From: Camelus dromedarius
Taxonomy: Eukaryota
Length of the DNA stretch: 64,000 nucleotides
Assembly (NCBI RefSeq): GCF_036321535.1
Contig: NC_087436.1
Span: 70,806,001-70,870,000 of the forward strand
Direction of reading: 5' to 3'
The notes beneath the pieces are model-generated. The model had not been told where the DNA came from, did not search any database, and saw only the letters and a program-made list of their open reading frames with translations. Position 1 is the stretch's first letter; each line of letters begins with the position of its first letter. The translations under genes and the position numbers were made by a program. Below are positions 49,650 to 61,900 of this stretch, piece by piece.

Positions 49650-52600
49650 TCCCCATTCCTCATGCCTCACTTCCCTCTTCCTGTAAGTAACCATTCTATG
49701 TGCTTCCTCTATATATCTTCATTGTACCCATTCTGGTAAATATAAAATTTTGTTTTGAATGTATGCATTTTTAATTTATGTAGATGGTAATGTGTAAAAA
49801 AAAATCACTGTATTTCTTGTATAATTTTGTCAGCACTGTGATTTTAAGATCCAGACATGTTGCTATGTGCACATCTGATGTTTTTAACATCTGTGTAATA
49901 TTCCATGGTGTTTATCCCTTGTGTTCTACCTGTTTATTCTTCTAGGCTAGGGCTGGACATCCAGTGTTTGTCTGACTCTGTTTCCACAAACACATCCTCC
50001 TACATGTTCTTTTATGCACCCACATGAGATCAATCTATCTATCTGTCTATCTGTCTACCTATCTATCTCCTGATGCAGAATGTGGGGAAAGAGTTTGTAC
50101 CTATATGTAAGTGACTAAGGGCCTCTTAGAACTCATACAGCAGGCTGCACTCCAACCAGCAGTGTACTGAGGGTTCCTTTATCTCCAAATCTCCAATACT
50201 GGCATTATCCAACTTTCCAAGTGTATTCAGCCTCCTAGAGGTAAAGTGATATCTCACTAATGTTTTAATTAGCATTTCTCTGATAATAAATGAGTTTGAT
50301 GATCTCTTTATATGCTTGAAAGCCTTTGGGGCTTCCTCACCTATAAGCTGCACTTTTTATTAATAGGCTTAATTTTTCAGAAGAGGTTTAGATTTAAAGA
50401 AAAACTGAGCAGATAGTACAGAGAGTTCCCATATCCTTTCCCTCATCCCCACACAGTTTCCCCCAGTAACATCTTACATTAATATGATACATTTGTTACA
50501 ATCAATGAACCTCAGGTTTTGCCTAATATACTTTTACTGGTCCAGGATCCATTAAGGGCACCACATTACACTCGGTGTTCCTGTCCCCTTAGGCTCCCCT
50601 TGGTTGTGATAGTTTCTCAGACTTTTCTTGTTTTTGATGACTTTTTGAGGAGTACTGGTCCAGGTATTTTGTGGAATGTCCCTCTATTAGAATTTGTCCA
50701 ATGCTTTTCTTATTAATAATCTAAGTTTATGGATTTTTAGGAGGAATACACCACAGGTGAAGTTTTATTTTCATTCCATTACATCAAGGGTTCACACTAC
50801 CGACATGATTTATTACTGTTGATGTTGACTTTGATCAACTGGCTGGAGAGGGTTTTTCAGGCTTTTCCACTGTAAAGCTTCTTTTTCTTCCCCTTTCCCA
50901 TACTATACTTTCTGGAAGGAAGTCACTATGCAAAGCCCACACTTCAGTAGTGCAGAGTCATGTTCTCCACCCTTTAGGGAGGAATATCTATATAATTTAT
51001 TTGAAATGCTTTTGCAGGAGAGTTTTATCTCCTCTCTAATTTGTTAATTTATGCAATCATTTATTTATATTAATATAGGCTAATTTGTGTACATTGATTT
51101 TATACTTTGGGTTATAATCCAATACTACTATACCTGTTTTATTCCAGATTTGACCACTGGGACATGTTTACATTGGCTCCTGTGTTCCTTTGTCTTACCC
51201 CATCTTTGTGTTTTTTTCCTTTTTCCTTTTTTTTTTTTTTTTTTTTTTAGCAGTTCCTTTCTTCACGGCACTACAAGATTCTCTAGGTTCATTCTGAATA
51301 TTCCCTCCCCTAGTCCTAGAATAGCCATTTCTCCAAGAATTCCTAGATCCTGTAATTGAAGAATCATATTAGAAACCAAGATCTGGGTGCTAGGTGTGTT
51401 CATTGCTCCTGGGTTATTGGGTTTTTTTTGGACTGTCTCAGCTGACAGAGCAAACAAATGTATGTGTGTATACTAACCCCTGTATTTACACACATCAATA
51501 GATATTTCCATGTGTAACCATCTGACCTATATCTACCTTAAATTAAACATGAGTTCCTACTGATATCTCCAGCTCTAATCCACTTCAGCCTCCTCCCGTC
51601 ACTTATCTGTAAACTTCTGCTCCAGCAGTAAGAAGCGTGTCTCCCACTGACCTCCACCCACTTACCTAACTGCTCACTTCCAGGATATGTGTATAGCAGT
51701 ATCGGAATGGTTAACCTGTATTCCCATGGGAAATAACTTTATCAACGGGAGCACAGTGCTTATGTGCAGTTCCTTTTGTCTTTAGTCCTACAGACTTCGT
51801 TTATTTCTAAAGTTGACATCTTTTCTCCCTACCCCTTCAGTGAAGTTGCATCATGCATTTGTAGTATAGTTAGATTCTTGTGTCACAGCCTGCATCCTTT
51901 CCTGGGACCCTCGACTTCCTAAGTGATGATTTTAGAATTGCAGAATTAAGGTTCACTATTTGTGTTATACATTTTTATGGGTTTTGAAAAATGTATAATG
52001 TCATTTATCTACCATTACAGTATCATACAGAATAGTTTCACCACCCTAAAAATTCCCTGTGCTTCCCCTTTTCATTTGACTGATGATTTTTGTCTTTTCC
52101 TTTGTGGATTTTGTTATGTTTTCTAAATTTTAATGCCTTGGGTTTAGATTTGTAAATATATTTTTTATCTGCATAGATCTGTGGACTTTACCCAGGTGTC
52201 ATCTGTTGAATCAGAACTCCTTAACATTGATGTAATAAAATTCATCAATATTTTGCCTATGATTTGTCCTCTTTGAATTTTTATTAAGTATAGTGTTCCT
52301 GACCCCATGTTACAAACCTATTTACCTACATGTTTTGTTAACTCCAGATAATTATCTTTCACTTTGTATCTTTAGTCCATTTGTAGTCTACCATTGAATG
52401 TGCTGTTTGGCAGAGTTTCAATTTAATTTTTCTACACAATTTAAGAATTCTACACCATCTACAAAATAATCCAACCATTTCACATTGATTTCTGGTGCCA
52501 TTATTGTTGTGTTTTAAGTTTTCATATATACTTGTATTTCTATTTTATTCTGTTTAATTATCTGTATGTTTAATAATATACATTGTTTATTATTTGTATG

Positions 52601-52900
52601 GCTTTGGATTATATCTTAATGTCTGGCTATGTACACTCTCACATATTACTATTCTTTCTTTAGCCTTCTTTGTTGTAGAATTTATATTTCTACATGTATT
52701 TTCAAGTAAGGATTTTGAGTGACTGATAAAAAAATTCATCTAGAATTTTACAGGAAGGTTGCATTTAATTTCTAGAAAACTCTGAAGAGAATTGATCTTT
52801 ATATGATAGCAAGTCATTCACTCCAGGAGCATGGACTGTCTTTTTTCACTTATTCAGGCCATCTTTTATGATTTTATTAGCATTTTAAACTTTGCTGAAT
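49650..52900 (-). mobile_element. Old L1 cluster: L1ME-like element interrupted at about 50360-52070 by an L1MC/L1MD-type 3' end
   Basis: ORF 50126..50353(-) KRSSNSFIIREMLIKTLVRYHFT is L1 ORF2. gtttagatttaaagaaaaactgagcagatagtacagagagttcccata is an L1MC/MD-type terminus. Antisense ORF2 resumes at about 52085. Confidence 0.8.
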
Positions 52901-53267
52901 ACATGAGCAGATTTTAGAAACTTTCCTCCAGCTTTCTCTGCCCGAGGTTGAATCCATTACAGCTCAGCCTCCTGCTCTGCTGTGTTCCCAAGTTCAAGAC
53001 CGCCTGCTGGGGACCCTCCTGCTTCAGACTCTGCAAGGGTTCTCATAATTATTACTTTCATGGTTGTTAGTCTCTCAAATAGCTTTACTTTCCTTTCACA
53101 TTTACAGTTTTCCAGACTTGGTTTTGGAAGACAGAGTGCCAGCAGCTCGCTTTAAGTCAGCTGTTAAGCCTGGGTACAAATTGTTGTTGTTAAACCTGTT
53201 TGGATGAGGCTGTGTATTGTTTTTGTGTGGGGAGAGAAAGAAAAGATGTCACTTACTTGATTCATTT

Positions 53268-53893
53268 TAGTACCTGCAAAATATTGACCTGACCTGAAAC
53301 TGCAGGCCCAGGTGTGAGGATACAAATGGAGGCCCACACAGCATATGTCTAAATATTTGAAAGTTTGAAATCAAGCTGACAAGCTGTTAAATAAATAAAA
53401 TATGTTCTATCCTCCTTGCTTGGCAAAGATGCCTTCACAACAACCTGAACATCCAGGTTTCAGTTGAAAACTGTTCGATTCCTCTGAACTCTGTGGCAGA
53501 ACTTGGCAGCATGCAGAAAGCCAGCCTCCAGCCCATGCCTGTCCCTGTTTCCTTCCTAGTTCCAGTTCTCTCCAGTTCCACGATGAGCTCATGCACACGC
53601 CTGTGCAGACCTTGGCCCCCACGTCTAGCCTTTACAAACAGCTGCCTCCTGGCCCGCTGACAGTGTGGTCTGCCTAGAGAAGAATGTGCTGGAAGTCTGC
53701 AGGGCATTCTGGCATCCTGGGTACTAGAGTGAGGTCCGGAAGGAGGGAAAAATGGATTCTGGGTGGGCATATCCCTTTGGTCCCATGGATGTCTGGCCCC
53801 ACAGGGAGGGTCCTGGCTGGACCAAGGCTAGAAAAGGGGCAGCCTAATGTGTGATGCCCAGAGCTCTGTGTGCCTGGATCTAAGGGAGTTACT
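53268..53893. mobile_element. hAT-Tip100 element (MER115-like)
   Basis: tacaaatggaggcccacacagcatatgtctaaatatttgaaagtt..aaatcaagct.acaa.ctgttaaataaa..tatgttctatcctcc, ending gatctaagggagttactg. The family name is recalled. Confidence 0.65.
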
Positions 53894-56025
53894 GGTCAAG
53901 AACTATTGTTGCTGTTAGGCTTTGAAGAAAGAATTAGAATTCCTTCATTTAAATTTTAACGAGGCAGAGTTGTTGCCTAACCCGGTGCAGGGGAGAGCTT
54001 TCTGTTTGGGGAATAAAATGAACTGTGGACTACGAGAAGAGAGGCGTCTTCCCCCAAATCCCTTTTCTTTCCATCTACTTGTGTAACGCAGATAAGAATC
54101 ACACATTCCTTCCTTCTTAGCCCGGCTATTAAGTGAGAACGGAATGACTTAAAATTATAGAGGCTGGGAAGTGTGGATGGTGTTTTGAAGTTGTATTATG
54201 ACTGTGTTTAAAATCAAATAATGTGCTTACTTGTCTGTGTATAGAAAAAAGGGCCAGTCCTGCAAGGTCCACATCACTGATGTTCTTAGCATCTTATGCC
54301 GTGGGTAAAATGAGTCTGTCATTAACGAGGGAAGGGTGAAGAGGGCAAGGATAAACCTTGTTCCTATATTGTGAAGATGGTGCTCTCAGCTGACAGTTGC
54401 ACAAATCAGCCTCTGATTGGGAGAGATCGGCATTAGTGTGTCTCGTATAAAGTAGCAGAAATGGCTGAAATCTCATGGGTGAGCAAGGCAGACAGAGAGT
54501 GGAGTTCAAATGACTCATCGTTTATCATTTTCTTGTGCCTCAAATGCCTGTGAAGTAGATGATAGTGATGCTCTTGGAGCACAAACGAAGGCATGTGGGC
54601 CCTGTGGGGAGCATGCTCTCCCAGTCTGAGTGTCTGGGCAGACGTCCTGTCCTTTGTTCGGTGTTTCCCTTACACTACCTAGCAATTTAAGCAGAGTGGT
54701 GGAGGCAGTGACCACTCTCATGGACAGGTGCTCCTGAGAGAAGAGTTTCTTCTTCTTAAGTATTTAAACTATAGCATACCCCAGCTTCACAGTTGTTTTT
54801 CAAAAATAGCTAAGAAATAGAAAAAAGATCTGGAAGGTCTATTTTCAGGAACAGTGATCTGTCCTAAATTTATGGCAATAACGATGCTGTTTTAAGATTT
54901 TTAACATGTCGGAAAATTTTCCTCAATATTTGCATTATACAAATATGGAAATGCTTAGAACATTAACAATTTTTAAATGCAGTTGTGCTAATTAAAAAGT
55001 ATATAATTGACTTTCTATATTTGCCAGTTGATAAGAGTATTAATTTTATTTGAATGAAAAGCAATCATAGGCTTCATCCTTGCTGTCTTTTGAGTTAATC
55101 ACTCATGATCCTTCACAATGTAATTCTCTGCTTTTTACACAGAAACAATCTATTAGAATTAGAGTAGAATCTAGTAGAATTGGAGAACTAGAGCTGAGTA
55201 TAATTGTTGATTTAACTTGAGTATATTAGGCATCATAATTGGGAACATATAAATGACAGTGAGGCCTATATATGATAGACTGGATAAGAAAAACTTATTG
55301 TTGGTTAAAACTCATTTTTTTCCTTCTATGTTAAGTTTGCAGCACTTTTGGCCTTATTCTGAGTTTATATTAGTTTCTTATTTTCATCTGATTATATTTA
55401 TAATATCTAAATTTATTCTATGAACTACTTCTCAGATGACCAATAAAGAAATTAATTTTTTTACAAATGTTACTGATTTTGTTTCTGCTCAGCAAGTCTG
55501 CGTTTGACATACGCTTCTATTTACATTATTTCCCCAGCCTTAGGAGTGTTTTGTCATATTCTGCATGGCCACTGCCAATGACAAGTATGTTGATCTTAGG
55601 ATTTTCCAAATGAGTAAAATTTATCTTAGACTCCTTCACTCTATCTTTTGGTGCCCCTTCTCCTTCCCCAAGGCATTTCCAACTCTCTCAGCTACTCCAT
55701 TCCCTAATGGCAAGGGGATACCAGATAGTTCCCCCAATATGACTGAACCAGTTGCCAGTCATGAATGGATGCCATCGCTTCTTGTTGTCCAGGTCCTGTT
55801 CTGATTTTCAGGACCTATGCCATATCAGTTGCTGAATACTTTGAATCTTACCCCTGTTAATGGCTATTGGCCTCATTTCTTTTCTAACAAAATTTGTTTT
55901 TAAGAATGTATCTGTTGTCTCAGTTATTTATGCATTTCTATGAATTTGGGTCAATGTCTTACATTTTCCAGGGCACTGTATTGCTACGTAGCTGAGATGG
56001 TTTTGTTTTAGGCAGGGGTAATTTG

Positions 56026-56479
56026 TATTTCATTTTATTATTTTTTATTGACGTATAGTTGGTTTATGATGTGTTCATTTCTGGTGTACAGCATAGTGAT
56101 TCATTTATATATCTATATATTATTCCTTTTCATACTCTTTTTCATTATAGGTTATTATAAGATATTGAATATAGTTCCCTGTGCTGTATAGTAGGACCTT
56201 GTTTATCTATTATATAGTAGTATCTGCAAATCCCAAACTCCCAATTTATGCCTCCCCCTCCTTTCTTTGCACCCTGGTAACTGTAAGTTTGTTCTCTATG
56301 TCTGTGAGTCTGTTTCTGGTTTGTAAATAAGTTCATTTGTATCATTTTTTTAAGGTTTCACATATAAGTGATAGCATATGGTACTTTTATTTCTCTTTCT
56401 GGCTTATGTCACTTAGTATGACAATCTCCAGGTCCGTCCATGTTGCTGCAAATGACACTACTTTATTCTTTTTTTAACA
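56026..56479 (-). mobile_element. Lineage L1 3' end
   Basis: L1 3' UTR plus ORF2 end (catgttgctgcaaatg). Perfect 16-bp TSD aggcaggggtaatttg at 56010-56025 and 56480-56495. Confidence 0.95.
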
Positions 56480-57490
56480 AGGCAGGGGTAATTTGGAAGA
56501 GTGGGTAAGATCCCTACGGGGTCGGTTGGGCAGAAAAGACCTGTCATCATGCTGTAATCTGGTCTCCTGGAGTGTCCACTGTTCTAAAATATTTTCTCCC
56601 ATCCCTGTGTTTCTAAACTTCGAGTTACATATTGAGTCTTTGGCTTCTAATTTCAGCCAATGTATTTTTTTAAGTAAACAAATATTTCTGGGAATGAGAA
56701 TGCTAAATTAAATTAACATAAGGTTATAGCCCAATTGGGAGGTTGGATATCAAATATCATGGTAAAAGAACAAACGCATTGGAAAGAGTCGAACAAATGC
56801 ATAAAAGTAAGATGTTACCAGAACACAGAAAACCTGGAGAAGAGTTTGAATAAATGAGGGGATTAAGTAAAAAGTACAAAAGAAAGTTCTGAACTGGTTG
56901 TTGAGGGTCTTGGAAGACATATTCTGTCTCCTCTCTGTTTGCTCAGGGAGGTTGTCCAGAGTCTGACTGTAGAGGTGGCAGCAAGACTTCTTTTAATTAC
57001 TATCATTGGATGTGTCATCTTTCCACCTATCACTAAAGTAAACAAAAAATGTAAAGCTAAACAATTTATGTGACTTTCCAAGCTGACTTGACTGGGGAGA
57101 TGCAGGAAAGGAGATGACCAATGGCAGGTCTCTTGTGCGGGGCAAGGAGCACCACAAGGTGATCTGCCCGGCAGCTGACAATAGCAGACAGCAGCATCTC
57201 ATCTTCAGGAGCCTGTGCTGATGTTCAAATCTGGAGACTTGCTACTGACCAGTTTCTTTTTTAGCTCTATCTTAGTGATTCCCTTCTCTTGCTGGTGTCC
57301 TTCACTCCCCAGTTTGTTGGTATCATGCCTGTCTTTCCTATTAGAGTGGAAGTTCCTCTGATGAGGGGGACTATCCTTTGTCACTGCTGACCAGATGCTC
57401 AATAAATGCTCATTTAAAAGGTAATGTATTCTGCAAAACATAGTCTGGCTAGATCTGATTTTCTTGTGGAAATGGGATAAAGAGAAATAT

Positions 57491-57793
57491 TAAAGAAAAA
57501 AAATTTAATTGAAGTATAGTTGATTTACACTGTTGTGTTAATTTCTAGCATACAGCATAGTATTCATATATACTATACATACAAATATAGTTATACATAT
57601 ATGTTCCTTTTCATAATAGGTTATTATAAGCTATTGAATACCGTTCCCTGTGCTATACAGTAGGGCCTTACTGTTTATTTTGTACATAGTAGATTGTATC
57701 TGCTAATCCCAAATTCCTAATTTATTCCCCCTCCCTTTCCCCTTTGGTTACCATAAGTTTTGTTTTTTGTATCTGTGAGTCTGTTTCTGTTTG
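57491..57793 (-). mobile_element. Lineage L1 3' end
   Basis: ttaattgaagtatagttgatttaca...ttccctgtgctatacagtagg...tttggttaccataagttt. Probable 11-bp TSD aagagaaatat at 57480-57490 and 57794-57804. Confidence 0.88.
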
Positions 57794-57899
57794 AAGAGAA
57801 ATATAAATATATTTATTTTCCACTTTTTTAAACCTGATAATTATGGTTGATAGTAAAATACCCTTCAGAATTGCTGGTGTATATCCAGCGACCAATTCA

Positions 57900-58066
57900 G
57901 TGGCAATGGAGTATGTATAGAGGTTAAGAGTGTAGAGTCCAGACTCAAAGTTGTTGACCGTGGGAGGGTTAAATACACTGTGCCTCAACTTCTCCATCTA
58001 TAAAATGTGGTTAATAGTAGTACCTATTTTCATAGAGGTCAATGAAACTAATGTATAAGAATGTAT
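57900..58066 (+). mobile_element. MIR fragment
   Basis: ggttaagagtg...ctgtgcctcaacttctccatctataaaatg..ttaatagtagtaccta.ttcatag. Confidence 0.75.
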
Positions 58067-58569
58067 AGATGGTGGTTTTAAAACACCTGCAAATTATTTG
58101 ATACTCCATTTATCCAAAAAAAAAAATGCAGTCTATTTCACCTTCCCTTGAAACTGGGTGGGTCTCTGCACTGTTGAATAGAATGTGCCTGATTTCTGAG
58201 GGTCAATTAAAGAACAACTTCTGCCATCATATCTTGGGAAATTCACTCTGGTAACCTTCAGCCACCAAGTGCAAAGTCGGGCTGCCCTGGGACTGCCATG
58301 TGGAGACCACCTGAAAGGACCAGCTAGAGAGAGATGCCCACGGAGTCCCACTGTTTCAAACCCCAGCTACTTGATTCCCTCCAGCCCAGGCCAGCCTATA
58401 TGATGAAACAGCGTTCACGATGGTCCCAGCCCCAACCACTGCCTGACTGTAACTATGAAAAACCCTGAGCCTAATCAACCCCCAGATTCGTCAGCAAATT
58501 TGATAATTGTTATTCTTTTAAGCTGCTCTGTCAGGGTGGCATGTTACTAAGCAATAGATAAGTGGCACA
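58067..58569 (+). mobile_element. MLT1G-like solo LTR
   Basis: tggtggttttaaaa..cctgcaaattatttgatactcc...cccttgaaactgggtggg...ttaagctgct....gggtggcatgttac..agcaatagataa. Confidence 0.8.
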
Positions 58570-58879
58570 GTTACAAAGTGGTATGTGCCTTCCCTGATTT
58601 AAGGAAAGTGCTTAGTAAATGCTGTTTTTAGATCAGTCTTTGCCGTTAGCTTGTCATCAGTGTGTTCATCTCACTGAACCCATTTTATCTGTAAATTAGA
58701 TGTATTAGGACATGGATTATCTGCTTTATGTGACTGTAATGAATATTAGATAAGTAATGTGGGAAAGTCCTTTGAAAAGTAATACAGCATGTAAAAAGTG
58801 AAATATTTTACTATTTTTAACCTAATCTTAGTAGGAGTTTAATTTTGAGAAGATATACTTTATTATTAATGCTATCTTT

Positions 58880-59040
58880 TTTAAAAACACTTAAAAATAT
58901 TTATTTTTTAATTTCATTTTCTTAGGCGGGGAGTAGGTAATGAGGTTTATTTATTTATTTTAATGGAGGTGCTGGGGATTGAACTCAGGACCACGTGCGT
59001 GCTAAGCACGTGCTCTACCACTGAGCTATCCCCTCCCCCT
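58880..59040 (-). mobile_element. Vic-1-like SINE (long form)
   Basis: Reverse complement ggggaggggatagctcagtggtagagcacgtgcttagcacgcacgtggtcctgagttcaatccccagcacctcca, then aataaataaacctcattacc. TSD a(t/c)taatgctatcttt at 58865-58879 and 59041-59055. Confidence 0.93.
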
Positions 59041-60387
59041 ACTAATGCTATCTTTCAAGAGATTAAATTTTTTTTTTCCTCAAAATTTTAAACATTCTAA
59101 GGAACAGAACTAAAACTTTAGGTGGGTCATTTGGTAGGCATGCACAAAGTTGCCAAATAGACACGGTCGTTAAAATCTCTGAGAATAGAAGCTGAAAATT
59201 CTGTATTTTCTTAATCTGGCTCTAAGCTTTTCATGTTGTTCTAAATAGAGCTGTAGCACAAAGCAAGCTTATTCCAGGTGATTACATACCATCAATGTTA
59301 TTAATATCAGATTTCAGAGTAGATTTTTGCACAGCCATCTGCATTTATATCTGTTATCCACAAGGTGGGAGCAAAGAATTTGATTTGAAATGGGCAGGCC
59401 TTCCTGAGGCGTAGCACAGGAAGGCTACAAGAGTGAGGACACAGACACAGGATTCATTGTTAACAAATGTTCTTACAGGGGTAGAAGCAATAAAGGAATC
59501 TTGAGACCCTGATCTGTGAATGAATAAGTAGGCCCTATTGTTAACTGCAAACCAGAATTTGCCAAAAAAACTTAAGTTATGAAACTATGAAACTTTTATG
59601 GTGGGGAAGGAAAAATTAGGTACTTTCTTAGCCTAATGAGAAAAAGGATATTTAAGATCCTGAAAGAAATGGGCAAGGATGAAATAGCCTCTGGGAAAGG
59701 CCATCTTTTGTTTTAATTATCTGTGACTGGGTTTTCTATAATGGGAGAAAAAACTTCATTCCATACTTGACAGAATTTTCATAATGCAATGGCAGACTGA
59801 GATAAAGCAGTGTTCAAAAATTTCCCTCCCCTGGTCTAATCAGCCACTTAGCCAACAGGTGCTTAACTGGCTGATCTCAGAAGCCCTCCTTTTTCTGATT
59901 GGGGTGAGAGTGCCAAGTTTCTGGAATAGTGATTTGCAGGTTTGGTTGAACAGAAAATCACTGTCTATAGGTTGAGTGGGAGTGAGACTTATGTGGTGGG
60001 GAGGGGTGCACAAAAGGGAGACCAGAGGCATAAAAAGACAACCTTCTAAGCCTTCTTGTTCTTATTTTTAGCTGTTTATCACCAAACGGAAATAAACTGT
60101 TACACTGATTAAATTCTTACTTTATTAGAGTGTGTTACTGTTGAATTAAATGACATAATAGAAAGGCTTTTCCCTTGTTCTGTTTTAAAATTTAAATCTC
60201 CACAAAAATAAGCTCGAATTTTAAGACAATAGTCCTGTGTAGATCACTTAAGGTGATGCTTCTCAGGTGTTGGTTTAAGAATCACCTGCGGGGTGACTTA
60301 AGGCATCCAGGAAAACAAAGGACATGGGAACTGCCACTTGAAAGCCTTTAAACCTTGTAAAGCACAACAAAAATAACAGAAGGCTTG

Positions 60388-60773
60388 TGTGATGGTTAAA
60401 TTTTACGTGTCAACTTGGCTAGGCTATGGTCCCTATTTGTTTAGTCAAACATTAGTCTAGAGGTTGCCATAGGTATTTTTAGCTGTGATTAACATCTCTC
60501 CACCAGCTGACTTTAAGTGAAAAGATTGCCCTCCATGATGTGCGTGGGCCTCAGCCAATCAGCTGAAGGCCTTAAAAGCAAAAGCTGAGGTTTCTCAGAG
60601 AAGGAGAATTCTACTTCGAAATGGGAGCATGGAAACCCTGCGTGAGTTTCCAGACTGTCCGCCGGCCTCACAGACTTCGAACTAGCCAGCTCCACGGTCA
60701 CGTAAGTCAGTTTTAAAAATAAATTAATCTCTCTCCTGTTAGTTTTATTTCCTTGGAGAACCCTTGGCTGATA
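60388..60773 (+). mobile_element. MLT2 (ERVL) solo LTR, MLT2C/D-like
   Basis: tgtgatggttaa.tttta.gtgtcaacttggctaggctatggt...gtgggcctca.ccaatcag.tgaaggcctt...ctccacggtcacgtaag...tggagaaccct. Confidence 0.88.
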
Positions 60774-61691
60774 GTTTGTAAATTTCATTCATAGAAACAA
60801 AGTATTGTTGTTTTGTTTGTTTCTGTCATGAGAACCAGTGTTTTTGAAGGAAGGTGTTTTATGTAAGGTATAAAAAAAAAACTGAGGACTACTTATATAA
60901 TAGACATTAACCAGTAAAATCTGCTATGGTTGACAAGGAGATGGGAATTCAAAAGCTTCTCTTTAATGTTAGGAATCACAAGTTTTGGCAGTATCTTCTC
61001 AAAAGATCTCTGCTTCGCACAAAATGGAACAAATGCAGGCATAATTTATGCATATAAAGTTTGAAATTAAGACTTGTACTAAAATGATGGAATATTTGGG
61101 TCAGTGATTCTTAATATTAAAAAAAAGGTGAAAGATGTTAAGAGTTTGCTGGAAACTATATTCAAGGAAACCATGAAAACACTACTTCCACCAATTGTGT
61201 AATACTTACGGACTTCTTAGTTCTACCTGTTCAAGCATAAAAAGACTTGACCAAAACAGACTGGTGTGTAAGTCGTTCATGAATGATTTATAAATGTAAC
61301 CTCCCAAATAAAAGCAGAGCAGAATTTTCCAAAATTGCTTTCACAGAGCAACAATTCTAAGTCACAGCCAAAGGAAGAGGGGTCAGTGGTTAAATTTTAG
61401 ATGGTACTAAACTGCATACCCTAAGTCCTGACTCTGCAAGGGACATATATTGTGATTCCAAAACTAAATTAATCAGGGGGCACTTTAAGTGCCCGTGAAC
61501 CTGGCATGGCATGCTGGAACAGAAGCCAGGTCTCATCTTCACTCACTCGGCTACCGTAGGCCACTCACCTACCTTAAAGGAGTCTCATTCCTGGCATGTT
61601 CTTACCAGTGATATTTACTTCTCAGAGTTGGTTTTAAAGCTTCCGCAGGTAGATTTTGGAAGCAAAAAAAATCTAAAATGCTGCCTCCATA

Positions 61692-61900
61692 TGTAGTGCA
61701 TAGTTTGTTGCTTTTTGGCTTCATGGCATCATCTGAAGAACTTCCCTATTCGAGGTTCATTTCCCCTTTTGGAATCTTTGCAGGAGGCAGGACTGCACCT
61801 TCTGCTGTAGAAGCCGTGAGAGGGGCAGGCATTTGATTTCCTAGTTCTTGGCTGCTGAACGCTTGGGCACCTGACCTTGCTTTAGTTAATAGACAAGGCA
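61692..61900 (+). mobile_element. Probable ERVL LTR16-group fragment
   Basis: tgtagtg...cttccctatt...ctgtagaagcc...ttcctagttcttggctgct...gggcacctgacct.gctttagttaatagac. Confidence 0.45.
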
